In this document: in pieces, positions 12,577 through 24,795 of the stretch
How the letters are laid out: every line of letters begins with the position of its first letter
How positions within the stretch are numbered: position 1 is the stretch's first letter
Assembly: GCF_009914755.1 (NCBI RefSeq)
Contig: NC_060930.1
DNA: 64,000 nucleotides
DNA from: the human T2T-CHM13v2.0 reference genome, Homo sapiens
Strand: one strand, 5' to 3'
Notes under the pieces: generated by a model
The model's input: the letters and a program-made list of their open reading frames with translations, nothing else
What the model was told of the DNA's origin: nothing
Database searches by the model: none
Program-made: the position numbers and the translations under genes

Positions 12577-13159
12577 TGCGACAATTAATGTTAGGTGTCA
12601 ACTTAACTGGATTGAGGGATGCCTAGATGGCTGGTAAAGTATTGTTTCTGGGTGAGTTTGTGAGGGTGTTGCCAGAGGAGACTGACATTGAGTTGGTGGG
12701 ATGTGAGAGGAAGATTCTCCCATCATGTGGGTGGGGGCCATCCAATTGGCTGCTGCCAGCCTGGCTAGAACAAAGCAGGAGGAAGAAGGTAGGATAACTT
12801 TACTTGTTGAATCTTCTGGCTCTCTTTCTCCTTCACATGCTGGACACTTGCTTCTGCTGTTTCTGCTCTTGGACATCAGACTTCAGGTTCTTCAGCCTTT
12901 GGACTCTGGGACTTGCACTAGCAACTTCCCAAGTTTCTTGGTCCTTCGGCTGCAGACTGAAGGCTGCACTGTCAGCTTCTCTGGTTTTGAAGCTTTCGGA
13001 CTTGGAATGAGCCACTTCTGGCTTCTCTCTTCCCCAGCTTGCAGACAGCCTATCATAGGACTTTGTCTTGTAATCTTGGGAGCCAGTACACCATAATAAA
13101 CTCTTTTTTGTATATACATGTATCCTATTGGTTTTGTCCCTCTGGAGAACCCTAATACA
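12577..13159 (+). mobile_element. HERV-L 5' LTR (MLT2A2-like)
   Basis: TGCGACAATTAATGTTAGGTGTCAACTT...AATAAA...GGAGAACCCTAATACA. Confidence 0.93.
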
Positions 13160-13164
13160 GATTT

Positions 13165-13179
13165 TGGTACCAGGACTGG
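13165..13179 (+). promoter_or_regulatory. Primer binding site, tRNA-Leu
   Basis: TGGTACCAGGACTGG, one mismatch from TGGTACCAGGAGTGG (complement of the tRNA-Leu(TAA) 3' end), 5 nt after the LTR. Confidence 0.85.
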
Positions 13180-13204
13180 TTATTAGGAAAGAAATTTAAG
13201 AATG

Positions 13205-14950
13205 AATTTTCTTAGTTGATTTTGGGGTATCTGGAGTTGGCTTTCTAATCTGATTAGACCTAAACATGCTAAAGACTCTTCTTCTAATAGCCCAGAGAGC
13301 ACTGAGTCTTTGGCATGCATTGTTTACAGAGTTGTGCAAAATAAAGATATTTGATACTCCTGATTCAGTGCTCCTGAGAGGCAAGTTTAGTGACTCTATA
13401 CATAATACCTTTGAACATTTGCAGAGAACCAAGGAGTATAATGAAGTCGGTTGTTTGCTCCTAAATTCACTGGACAGAGTGATGAAAGAAAAGGATGAGT
13501 TCAGAGACTATATCTCCTGGCTCTAGAAGAACATACTTTGCCTCAAAGCTTCTAAGAGTGTCCGGGGTGAGATTCTTCTCTTCTATAGACAAAGGGCTGA
13601 AATTGCTGAAAATAAGATGCAAGATCTTATCATGTGAGTGGCGGAGGTACAACAACAAAAAAGTGTCGGCTCAACCTTACCAGGTGTCTATTGTTAAAGT
13701 GAAGTCATTGATTGGGTAACAACCGGACCCTGTAACTTGGCATGAGGATGTGTGAGAGGACCCTAATGAAGCTGAGGACACTGAACTTCTAAATAGTGAT
13801 GAGACTTTTTTGCCAGAGGAAACAGCCTCCCCATGCTCAGTGGTGGCAACATCCCCTCCCCCACCCACACTGCCATCAGCCTTTCCACCTTTGTCTGAGG
13901 AGATTAACCCTGCACTGCTTGAGACCACAGTGATGGCCTCACCTGAGGCAGTTGCCAGTCAAGACAATGCAGATTATCTTCAGGACCCACCCCCACCATG
14001 CCTCTTTGTTTCTAGACCTATAACTAGACTCAAGACCCAGTAGGACCCTAAAGGTGAGGTTCAGGGTGTTACCCATGAGGAGGTGCACTACACTCCAATA
14101 GAACTGCTTGAGTTTTCTAATTTATATAAGCAGAAATCTGGAGAACAGATATGGCAATGGATGTTAAGGGTTTGGGATAATGGTGATAGGATCATAAAGT
14201 TGGATCAGGCTGAATTTATTGATATCGACTCACTAAACAGAGATTCTGAATTAAATGTTGCAGCTCAGGGATTTACAAAGATTCTACTAGTTTATTTACT
14301 TGGTTAACTAAAACATAGAGCGAAAGATGGTCCACTGTAAGCAAGCTAGAGACACCTGATCTCCCTTGGTTTAATGTAGATGAAGTGATCCAAAGACTTA
14401 GGGAGATTGAAATGCTAGAGTAGCCTTGTCACTGAATACCTACTCACCTCAACTGGGAGAGTCCAGAAGATATAACCTTCACCAATACCTGTGACATAGA
14501 TTTGTGAGGCAAGTACCAGCATCCTTGAAGAGTTCTGTGATAGTTCCTTTTCATATGCCAGATCTTACAGTGAAAACGGCAGCCACTCAATTGGAAAACT
14601 TAAATGCAATGGGAATAATTGGCTCCCAGGTGGAACAACTAAATGGCAGCACTCAATCATGAAAGGCAAGGTGGGCATAGTTACCATAATTAACAGCAGA
14701 GGCAAAGTGGCAATCAGAATAGTCTGACTTGTATAGAGTTCTGGCAGTGGCTAATTAATCCTGGTGTTCCTAGAAGTGAAATTAATAGGAAGCCTACTGC
14801 ATTCTTACTTGATTTGCATAAGCAGAAAACTTCCAGGTCGAGTGGACAAAGTAAAATTTGAGTTATAAAAATAGAGAATCAAGGTCCCTCAATCAATTTC
14901 CAAACTTGAGCCAGTTTATGGGCCTGGTACCCCTTGAATGAAGGGAAGGC
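13205..14950 (+). pseudogene. HERV-L gag remnant
   Basis: Fragments LWHALFTELCKI, SPPPPTLPSAFPPLSEEINPAL, YTPIELLEFSNLYKQKSGEQIWQWMLRVWDNG; multiple stops and frameshifts. Confidence 0.85.
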
Positions 14951-16490
14951 CACGTTCCCTTGAGGGAGAACCCCACTACACTCCTGAAAATCTATACTGT
15001 TAATCTTTCTCCCATCCTTCCCCAAAGAGACCTCTGGCTTTTTACCAGGGTAACTGTGCATTAGGGAAAGGGGAATGATCAGACCTTTTGAGGACTCCTG
15101 GGCACTTACTCTGATATGAAATCGATTTCCAGGGACTTAAAATGTAATTGTGGCCCTCCAATTAGAGTAGGGGCTTTTGAAGGTAAGGTAGTTAACAGAG
15201 TTTTAGCTCAAGTCTGACTCACAGTGGGTCCAGTGGGTTCCTGGACACATTCTGTGGTTATTTCCCCAGTGCCAGAGTGCATAACTGGGATAGACATACT
15301 TTGCAGCTGGCAGAATCCCCACATTGGTTCCCTGACCTGTGGGGTGAGGGCTATTATGGTGGGAAAGGCCAACTAGATGCCATTAGAGCTGCCTGTACCA
15401 AATAAAATAGTAAATAAAACCAATATTATATCTCTGGAGGGGTTTCAGAGATTAGTGTCATGATCAAGGACTTGAAAGAGGCAGGGGTGGTGATCCCCAA
15501 CACATCCCCATTCAACTCTCCTATTTGGCCTGTGCAGAAGACAGATGGATCTTAGATAATAATATGGATTATTGTAAGCTTAACCAAGTGATGACTCCAG
15601 TTGCAGCTGCTGTATCAGATGTGGTTTCATTGCTTGAGCAAATGAAGACATCTCCTGGTAACTTGTACGTAGCTATTGATTTGATAAATACCTTTTTCTC
15701 CATTCCTGTCCATAATGCCCACCAGAAATAACTTGTCTTCAGCTGGCAAGTTCAGCAATATACCTTAACTGTCCTACCTCAGGGGTATATCAGTTCTCTG
15801 GCTTTGTGTCATAATCTTGTTTGCAGAGATCTTGATTGCTTTTCCATTCCACAAGATATTATACTGGTCCATTGCATTGATGACATTATGCTGATTGGAC
15901 CCAGGGAGCAAGAAGTAGCAACCACTTTAGACTTATTAGTGAGATGTTTGTCATGTCAGGAGATGGGAAATAAATTTGACTAAAACTCAGGATCCTTCTA
16001 TCTCAGTGAAATATTGAAGAGTTTATTGATGTGGGGCCTGTTGAGATATTCATTTGAAAGTAAAGGATAAGTTACTGCGTTTGGCTCTTCCTACAATCAA
16101 GAAAGTTGCACAATGCCTAGTGCGCCTATTCGGATTTTAGAGGCAACACATTCCTCATTCAGTTGTGTTACTCTGACTCATTTATTAAGTGATCCAAAAG
16201 GTTTCTAGTCTTGAGTGGGTTCCAGAACAGGAAAAAGTTCTGCAACAGGTCCAGCCTGCTATGCAAGCTGGTCTGCCACTTGGGCCAGATGACCCAGCAG
16301 ATCCAATGGTGTTTGAGGTATCCGTGACAGAGAGGGATGATGATTGGAGCCTTTGGCAGGTCCCCACAGATGAATGACAGTTGGAGCAAGGCCCTACTAT
16401 CTTCTGCAAATATCTATTCTCTTGAGAGACAGCTTTTAACCTGTTACTGGGCCTTGGTAAAAACTGAACCTTTGACTGTGGGTCGCCAAG

Positions 16491-16721
16491 TGTATTAGTT
16501 AATTCTCACATTGCTGTAGAGAAATATAATACTTGAGACTGGGTAATTTATAAAGAAAGGATATTTAATTGGTTTACAGTTCTGCAGGCTGTAAAGAAAG
16601 GATAGCTGCATCTGCTTCTGGGAGGCCTCAGTGAAGGGGTAGCAGGTATGTCACATGGTGAGAGGGGGAGAGAGAGAGAGAGAGAGGGAGAGAGAGAGAG
16701 AGAGGGAGGGAGAGAGAGAGA

Positions 16722-16770
<49 letters not shown>

Positions 16771-16961
16771 CCACTTTTAAATGACCAGATCTCTGAAGAA
16801 TTCTCTCACTCTTGCAAGTACAGCACCAAGAGGATAGTGCTAAACCACTCTTTAGAACCTGCCCCCGTGATCCAATCACCTCCCACTAGGCCCCACTTCC
16901 AGGACTGAGGATTACAATTCAACATGAGATTTGGATGGGAACATAGATTCAAACCATATCA
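16491..16961 (-). mobile_element. MSTA solo LTR inserted in HERV-L pol
   Basis: TGTATTAGTT...AAACCATATCA termini; perfect 5-bp TSD CCAAG at 16486-16490 and 16962-16966. Confidence 0.95.
16660..16767. repeat. (GA)n microsatellite inside MSTA
   Basis: About 108 nt purine-only tract with GG interruptions. Confidence 0.97.
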
Positions 16962-18429
16962 CCAAGTTACCACATGACCTAAACTGACTATCATGAATTG
17001 ATTGCTTTCTGACTCATCTACCCATAAGGGTGGGCATATGCTGCAGCATTTCATCATCAAATGGATGTGGTACATATGGGATTGGGCTCTAGCAGATTCT
17101 GATGGCACAAGTAAGTTACATGAGGAAGTAGCCCAAATGCCCATGGTCCCCACTTCTACCACCCTACCATGTCTCTCTCAGCCTGCATGTATGACCTCAT
17201 GGAGAGTTTCCTATGATCAGTTGACAGAGGAAGAAAAGACTAGGATCTAATTGACAAATGGTTCTGCATAATATGCATGCACCACCTGAAAGTGAACAGT
17301 TGCAGCACTACAGTCCCTTTCTGGGAGATTCCTGAAAAACAGTGGCAAAGGGGAATCTTCCTAGTGGGCAGAACATCAAACAGTATATCTGGTTGTGCAC
17401 TTTGCTTGAAAGGAGAAATGGCCAAGTGTGCAATTATATACTGATTCATGGGCTGTAGTCAATGGTTTGGGTAGATGGCCAGGATCTTGGAAGGAGCATG
17501 ATTGGAAAATTGGTGACAAAGAAATCTGGGGAAGAGGTATGTGGATGGGCCTCTCTGAGTGGTCAAAAACTGTGAAGATGTTTGTGTTCCATGTGAATAC
17601 TCACCAAAGGATGGCCTCAGCAGAGTAGAATTTCAATGATCAAGTGGATAGAATGACCTGTTCTGTGAATACCACTCAGCGTCTTTCTCCAGCCATCCCT
17701 GTTATCACCCAATGGGCTCATAAACAAAGCAGACATGGTGGTAGGGATGAAGGCTGAGCATAAGCTCAGCAACATGGACTTCCACTCACCAAAGCTGACA
17801 TGGCTATGGCCACTACTGTGTGTCCAATCTGCCAGCAGCAGAGATCAACACTGAGCCCTCGATATGGCACGATTCCTTGAGGTGATTAGCCAGCTACATG
17901 GTGGTAGGTTGATTACATTGGACCTCCTCCATGACGGAAGGAGCAGTAGTTTGTCCTTACTGGAATAGACACTTACTCCAGATATGGATTTCCTTTTCCT
18001 GCATGCAGTGCTTCTGCCAAGACTACCATCTGTGGAATCACAAAATGCCTTATCTACTCTCATGATATTTCACACAGCATTGTCTCTGACCAGGGAACTG
18101 ACTTCACAGGCAAAGAAGTGTGGCAGTGGGCTCATGCTTATGGCATTTAGTGGTCTTACCATGTTCCCTATTATCCTGAAGCGGCTGGCTTGATAGAAGA
18201 GTGGAATGGCTTTTTGAAGTCACAATTACAATGCCGGCTAAGGCAAAGTTCTCCAGAAGGCTGTGTATGCTCTGAATCACATCCAATATATGGTACTGTA
18301 TCTCCCATAGCCAGTATTTATGAGTCCAAGGATAAAGGGGTAGAAGTGGCAGTGGCACCACTCGCCATAACCCCTAGTGACCTGCCAGAAAGTTTGTGTT
18401 TCCTGTTCCCATGATATTATGTTTTTCTG

Positions 18430-18709
18430 GCCTAGAGGTCTTAGTTCCAGAGGGAGGAATGTTGCACCAGGAGACACAACAACGATTCCATTGAACTGGA
18501 AGTTGAGACAACTGCTACCTGGCCACTTTGGGCTCCACCTGCCTCTAAGTCAAGAGACTAAGAAAGGAGTTACAGTGCTGGTTTGGGTGACTGACCTGGA
18601 CTACCAAGATGAAATCAGACTACTACTCCACAATGGAGGTAAGGAAGAGTATGTTTGGAATACAGGAGATTCATTAGGGCATCTCAGTATTACCCTGCCC
18701 TGTAGTTAA
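18430..18709 (+). pseudogene. HERV-L dUTPase remnant
   Basis: VAPGDTTTIPLNWKLRQLLPGHFGL...GVTVLVWVTDLDYQDEIRLLLHNGG after integrase, the known ERV-L position. Confidence 0.85.
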
Positions 18710-19251
18710 GGTCAGTGGGAAGCTACATCAACCCAATCCAGGCAAGACTACACATAGTCAAGGCTCTTCAGAAATGAAGGTTTGTGTCATGCCACCAGGC
18801 AAAAAAAACCACAACCAGCTGAGGTGCTTGCTGAAAGCAAGGGGAATACTGAATGGATAGTGGAAAAAGATAGTTACCAACACCAGCTACAACCATGTGA
18901 CCAGTTACAGAAACAAAGAGTTTAATTGTCATGAGCATTTTTTCCTTATTTGGTTAAGAATATGTTGGTGGATATGCACACCAGTACTAAGAAAATATCT
19001 TCATTTTATTTCCATTTTTATTACTTTATCATATAACATAAGATTTACTGACTTCATGTCTATCAGTATTTAAATGCTGTTAATTTTATGTAATAGCATT
19101 TAGGTTAAAGGATTAGTGCACTTTTGGTTGGTTGTACGAAGGATAGTTATATTATGTTAGACATAATTATGACTTTATTATTGTCCTTATTTGGAGGTTA
19201 AGTATAATTTAAGAAGATGTGTATGGATGCCAAGTTGACAAGGAGTGAACT

Positions 19252-19832
19252 TGTGATGGTTAATACTAGGTGTCAGTTTGATTGCATTGAGGGATGCCTA
19301 GATGGCTGGTAAGAAATTGTTTCTGAGTGTGTTTGTGAGGATGTGGCCAGAGACAACTGACATTAAGTTGTTGGACTGGGAGAGGAGACCCTCCCTCAAT
19401 GTAGGTGGGTGCCATCCATTTGGCTGTCAGTGCAGCTAGAACAAAGCAAGAGGAAGGTGTGGAAAACTTTGCTTGCTAAATCTTCTGGCTCTTTTTATTC
19501 TTTTCATGCTGGACACTTGCTTCAGCTCCTCCTGCCCTTGGACATCAGACTCCAGGTTCTTCAGCCTTTAAACTCTGGGACTTGCAACAGCAGCTTCCCA
19601 GAGACTCTTAGTCCTCTGGCTGCAGACTGAAGCTGCACTGTCAGCTTCCCTGGTTTTGAGGCTTTCAGACTTGGACTGAGGTACTACTGGCTTCTCTCTT
19701 CCCCAGCTTGCAGGGGACTCTGTCACAGGACTTTGTCTTGTAATCTTGTGAGCCAATTCACCCTAATAAACTCCTTTTTTATATACATGTATCCTAATGG
19801 TTCTGTCCCTCAGGAGAACTGTGAGTAATATA
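19252..19832 (+). mobile_element. HERV-L 3' LTR (MLT2A2-like)
   Basis: TGTGATGGTTAATACTAGGTGTCA...GAGTAATATA, preceded by PPT-like aaggagtgaact. Confidence 0.93.
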
Positions 19833-19837
19833 TTATT

Positions 19838-20205
19838 TATATTTAAGGTTGCAGTTTTGAGTGAGGCCCAGAGCAAGTGAAGGCTACACAGCAGGCCTAG
19901 ACTGCATTACAATTTTTTCTGGCATATGGATCTTAGGATGCAGCAGACCCAATGGTCCTGAATGGAACCGTGACAGATGCCTCCTCAGATCTCTGGCAAG
20001 TCCCAACAGGAGAATACCAGCACATTCCTCTTGAAATTCAGATTAAATGCATGCCCCTTTCTGCCATTTGAAAAGCTGCTCCTGGTGTATAACTGAGTCT
20101 TGGTAAATTCTAAATGCCTAAATATGGGAGACTAAGTGATTTTGGGTCCCAAGCTGACCAAACATGGAAAAAAGACAAAACACATACTGAGGGATAAAAG
20201 GAGGC
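19838..20205 (+). mobile_element. Continuation of the old ERVL pol (RT connection region) and purine-rich 3' end
   Basis: gttttgagtgaggcccagagcaag...gcagacccaatggt...tggcaagtcccaacaggagaat parallels HERV-L 16208-16380 and resumes where 12576 stops. Confidence 0.8.
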
Positions 20206-20209
20206 AACT

Positions 20210-20676
20210 GATTATTTTATGTTTATTCTTCTAATTTAGTATTTTACTCTTTTCTACCTGTTCTGTTCCTTGAGATGCTGAAAGTATCCCCTGGGCTCTC
20301 TTGGCCTGTAGCTTCTAGTTATATTTGACCAATGACAGGAAATGAAATGGAGGAGGAGAGTATGAGATTATTTATTAATTCCCTATATTTTCTCTCTGCT
20401 GAAATGAAGTTTAGCAGTGGTGATGGTACTCTTTCGAAGGCACAGTTGCTCTTCATATGGCCACAGCGCTAATTTCGTGTAACAGCATCTCCTTCTCACC
20501 CCTTCAGACTTAAAGCTATTGTTGACTTCCCCTGTTTCTATTCCTTGGAATCTTCATCATTCTCTTCTGTTGCTCTTAGCCATCCTTATACCTCTATAAA
20601 TAGTTCCTTTATTCGATTCTCAACCATTACTACTTTTGGTATGCAGACAGTTCCCCTATCGCCTAGAATAAATGAC
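20210..20676 (+). mobile_element. LTR33-type 3' LTR of the old ERVL
   Basis: tttgaccaatga...gcagtgg...gaaggcacag...ccccttcagac...taaatagttcctttatt. Confidence 0.75.
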
Positions 20677-20812
20677 AGAGCAGAAAGAAGACCATATCAG
20701 GTCACATATGTACTTTTTAGTAAGAGATAAATAAAATCTATCTCTTTTAAAGACACTGTCACTTTGGGGTTTTCTATTATAAGCAGTCAAACATTATCCT
20801 CAATGCTATAAC
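20677..20812 (+). mobile_element. Old MaLR/ERVL LTR, piece 3 of 3 (3' end)
   Basis: aaataaaatctatctcttttaaagacactgtcactttggggtttt...gcagtcaaacattatcct. Confidence 0.55.
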
Positions 20813-21559
20813 ACCTCACTTTGATAATTCCACCTTTCATTTGTTTGGAAAGTGCTTTTCGTCATGTCTTTTTTGTTGGCATTGTCCTAGCACCCATTAT
20901 GTCCCTTAGACACCTCTGCATCCTCTGAATGTCAATAGACTTGGTGCCTTTACCCCTCATTTTGAGTTAGAATCTCTAACTGTACCATTATCTTCCGTCC
21001 ATGTACCATCCTCTGTTCCTCATCTAAAATTTAGCAAACATGTCCTGAACTCAGTAGTTATCAATATATGCTATTGATAAGAATGGTACTTTCCCCATTT
21101 ATTTAGGAAGAATCAAACTTCACAGCCTTCTAAGTAGAGAAGACTGCAGTGGTTTAAATATTTTCATTCTGAATTCTTGCCATAAGTGTATTTTATGAGG
21201 AAATTATTTTTCTCCGACTCTGCTTGGAAAGTCAGAAGCAAGCAACATGGAAGAATATTGCTTTGGAAGAAAAGTGGAAGAATATCATTGGCAGATGCTT
21301 TAGTAGAGAGCAACTGAGGGATATGGCAAAGTCCCGGTCCCTGCTTCATCTTCCTCTATGGTCATGTCGTGGGCCAAACTTTAGAGCCTATCGCTCTCAA
21401 AGACCTACCTGGAAGGTATAATCTGTCTGTCAACATCTGCTCACTCGACTCAAATGAAATGTCCTCTTATTTAGTCCCAACTATCCCTCCAATAGCTTCA
21501 GATAACAGTTATCAGCCTTTCACTGAGTAGTGATTTTGTATATGTGTGTGTGTGTCTGA

Positions 21560-21710
21560 CTGGCACATATCTTATGAGATTAGAAGCACTAGAAGGGTCA
21601 AAACTTATCTTGGGTATTTTTGTCTCCTTAGCAACTAGAACATGCCTGGCTCATAGCAGAAAGTCAAAGAAATAAATCCAAACAAATAATATATATTTGT
21701 TGAATATATT
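21560..21710 (+). mobile_element. L2 3' fragment
   Basis: tttgtctccttagcaactagaacatgcctggctcatagcag. Confidence 0.6.
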
Positions 21711-21874
21711 CAAGACCTCATTCAAAATCCTTCAATTCTTCATCACCTTCAAACCTGCCATAGTGTTAACTCCCTCTGTGATTCCATAGTAATTTATATA
21801 TGATTCTCTTACAGCATTTTCATGTAACTTCATAATTATATATGTATTTCCCAGTAGCCTATGTAATTATCAAG

Positions 21875-22000
21875 CACAGTAGCTATACAGCTGAATGTTT
21901 AAACCTCCAGCTTTGAATCACAATTCGGCTGCTACATAGCTACCTCATCTTAGTTAAGTTGCTTAACTTTTCTAAGATAGTTTCCTTGTTAATAAAATAT
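21875..22000 (+). mobile_element. MIR fragment
   Basis: tcttagttaagttgcttaacttttctaag...tttccttgttaataaaat. Confidence 0.55.
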
Positions 22001-22344
22001 ATATAATTTATTTTTACACAAAGAAACTAACATCTAACAGGTGCAGCTATGGGCAATAGAGTTAAGAGAAAAATAAAAAGTAAAAAAGAAAAGGAAAGTA
22101 TGGAGATGGGGAAGAAAGAAAAGGTAGACAAAGTGCTTGTCCTCATGGATTGTGCATTACAAATATGAATTTATTTATATTTTTCTATGTCCAATTCTAT
22201 ATCTCCAAGCAAACAATATGATTTCATATATTTATAAGTAGTCTGAAGAAAATAAAGCAAGGTGAGGGCATAGAACTTGACAGAGATGGCAGAAAGTCCT
22301 GGTGTTTATTAGAGAAGCTGATTTAAGGATTGAAGTCCCCCAAA

Positions 22345-22641
22345 TCATTAGGATTGTGCAAAAAATTCAAAAAATTTTCTTCTTGATACATGGTAGGATT
22401 GCACTTGCTATCTTCTTTGTATCTGGGTATGGCCTTCTCAGCCCATGAAAGTTGGAGAAAAGGGAGTTACGTGCAGAAGCTTTCACAACCAACTCAAGAT
22501 TTGCCCCATCTTCTTCACCTGCAGAAATTATTTGGAAGCATTTATTGAGAAGCTCTTGTCTCTATGTTAACCCAAACTGGACAGCACACAATTTGAAGAT
22601 TGTTTTAGTACTGCGTAAGCTATCCTATCTTTACTGATACA
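22345..22641 (+). mobile_element. MLT1-type MaLR LTR fragment
   Basis: catggtaggattgcactt... and terminal cctatctttactgataca. Confidence 0.5.
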
Positions 22642-24075
22642 AGCCTTATCACAGTGCCTGACCCCCAGAGACTGCTTGATAAATTCTCATTATCATTTTG
22701 CTGACATTATTATTATTATTGATTTTATTATAGTAACATAAGTATTACCTATGTAGAAACATAGTAGAGGATAAATATCCTTCTCTTGAATGAGTTTAAG
22801 GCAGGAAAGTGCAAGTCTTTTGATCCTATCTTTAATTCAAATTACCTGTCAGAGGCAGCAGAGTGGCAACACTTAGATCCAAAGAGGAATCCCTAGTGGG
22901 AAAAATTAAATGTATGCTTTCATTGCTATATATTAATTGATTGGCACTGTAAAACTGGATACAAATATTTTTAAGCTATTTGGCTTGGAGACCTAATAAA
23001 TCTAATTATTAATGCAGAAAACTTTAAAAAATCAAGTATATAAGTAAAAAATGATAACTCTTTGAAATACTATTAGGAATAGTAAAAATTGTCACAAAAT
23101 ATCAATATAAACTAAGAAATATTATTTTTAGGCACAGCTTAAATTATAGAAGAGATAATTAAGTAACTTAACTGGACAGAAATATCAGTTTTAACTGAAA
23201 TGTAGCTCAGTTTCATTTAAACCTTTGCAAGGGAATCATAGGAAAAAATATAACACAACTTTCTCTGGTGGCAGAAATTGCTAACAGCATCACAGTAAAT
23301 CTTGTGTGAAACATGTAAAAACAGATCTGGAGGGATAGGGAAATGCAAAACACGTCAGAAGCAATTTTTCAGTGAATAAAATTAAAGGAGAAAGTAAATT
23401 TATTGGAACGTAAATACAAATGATAAAATGAGAACTACATTTTATAAAATAAGAACATGTTTCTTCAATAAGTATTTCAGTGGTATCCACAAAATCAAGT
23501 TCATAATTTTAAATTCTGTAAGTGGAATTCTAAATATCCTATTTCTGGTGCATACTAAAAACTAGTGAATTTGGAATATTATTTATTTTCTAGAGCTCAC
23601 TATTTGCCACAACAATAGCCTCAGGGAAAGCTTAATTGAATTTGCATTATATGTTAGTAACAAATATAGTACAATCACAGTAGTAGCCTTGATAAGCTTG
23701 GCTTGAAATTGTGTGCTTTAATAGGCTTGATTTGAGAATATACAGGTAATACTTTTTCTATGCCATAAAAATAACCAATGCAAATTCCTTGCTCCTAGAG
23801 CTGAAAAAGAAGACATTATTCAATTGACTAGGACACAGAGTTACTATCCTTTTCTTGTTTGACATACTAACCTAAACAGAACAGATTTGTCAAATGTGTT
23901 CCAGTAAGAAAGAAAAACTACCTTTTGCTTCACTTTGAGATTTATTTCTTTATTCAGAGCTCATTGTACAGATTGTGTGCTCTCAGCAGAAGTCTTAACC
24001 CAGAAGCCAAGTTTCCAACAAGCAGTTTCTAGATACCGCATGGTTTGGTTTGTGTTGGTACTAAAATAAAGCACA

Positions 24076-24795
24076 TGGAAGTGGTATCATGTAGTATTTG
24101 CCTTTCTGTGTCTGAACTATTTCACTTACCATAATGTTCTCCAGTTTCATCACATTGTTGCAAATGGCAGAATTTTTTAAATGGTTGAATAATATTTCAT
24201 CATATGTATTCATTAATCCATTGATGGACATTTAGGTGGTTTCCCTTTATTGGCTATTGTGAATAATCCTATTATGATCAGGGGTGTACAAATATCTCTT
24301 CAAGATCCCGATTTTGATTTCATGTTTGAAAAGAGGAATTACTGGAGTATATGGTAGATCTACTTTAATTTTTTTTGAGGAACCTCTATGCTGTTTTCCA
24401 CAGTCATTGTACCATGTTCCCTCCTCTGGGAAAACTGAGAGGTATTAGTCAAAGGGTACAAGGCTTCAGTTGTGCAATATGAATAAGCCCAAGAGCTTTG
24501 CTCTACTGCATAGTGCCCATGTTTAATGATACTTTGCTTTATACTTGAAATTTTGCTAAAAGTGTAGATCTCATGTTAAGGAATCTTATCACAAAATAAT
24601 AATAACAATAATAAAGAGATGAGAGAGAAACTTTTGAGGTGATGAATACATTTATGATATAGATTGTTGTGATAGTTTCACAGATTTATATTTGTTGCCA
24701 GATTTATCAAGTTGTGTATATTAAATATATACATCTTTTTGTGTGTCAATCATATATCTCAATAAAGTGGTATAAAATATTAAAATAAAATAAAA
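24076..24795 (+). mobile_element. Old L1M (L1MA10/L1MB-like) 3' end with 5' inversion
   Basis: 24076-24420 is antisense L1; ~24428-24795 is sense 3'UTR to aataaagtgg and an A-rich tail; near TSD taaaataaagcaca / taaaataaaacaca. Confidence 0.85.

Larger units (their letters stand above)
15040..18400 (+). pseudogene. HERV-L pro-pol remnant (protease, RT, RNase H, integrase), split by MSTA
   Basis: [24 protein letters not shown] replacing YIDD at 15873-15884, LYTDSWAVVNGL (RNase H), CPIC and VDYIGP (integrase). Confidence 0.92.
12577..19832 (+). mobile_element. Full-length HERV-L provirus with two MLT2A2-like LTRs
   Basis: Two ~580 bp direct repeats, PBS, gag-pro-RT-RNaseH-IN-dUTPase order, PPT-like tract, no env; all frames broken; degenerate TSD ccatt/ttatt. 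Confidence 0.96.

Noticed and set aside
16628-16908. RE-repeat and SL-repeat proteins
   Set aside because: They are translations of the (GA)n microsatellite in MSTA.
18377-18709. Functional domesticated dUTPase
   Set aside because: The N-terminus is frameshifted, the aspartate-containing motif is altered (VWVTDLDYQDEI), and the C-terminus shifts out of frame; the copy at 26496-26837 is also frameshifted.
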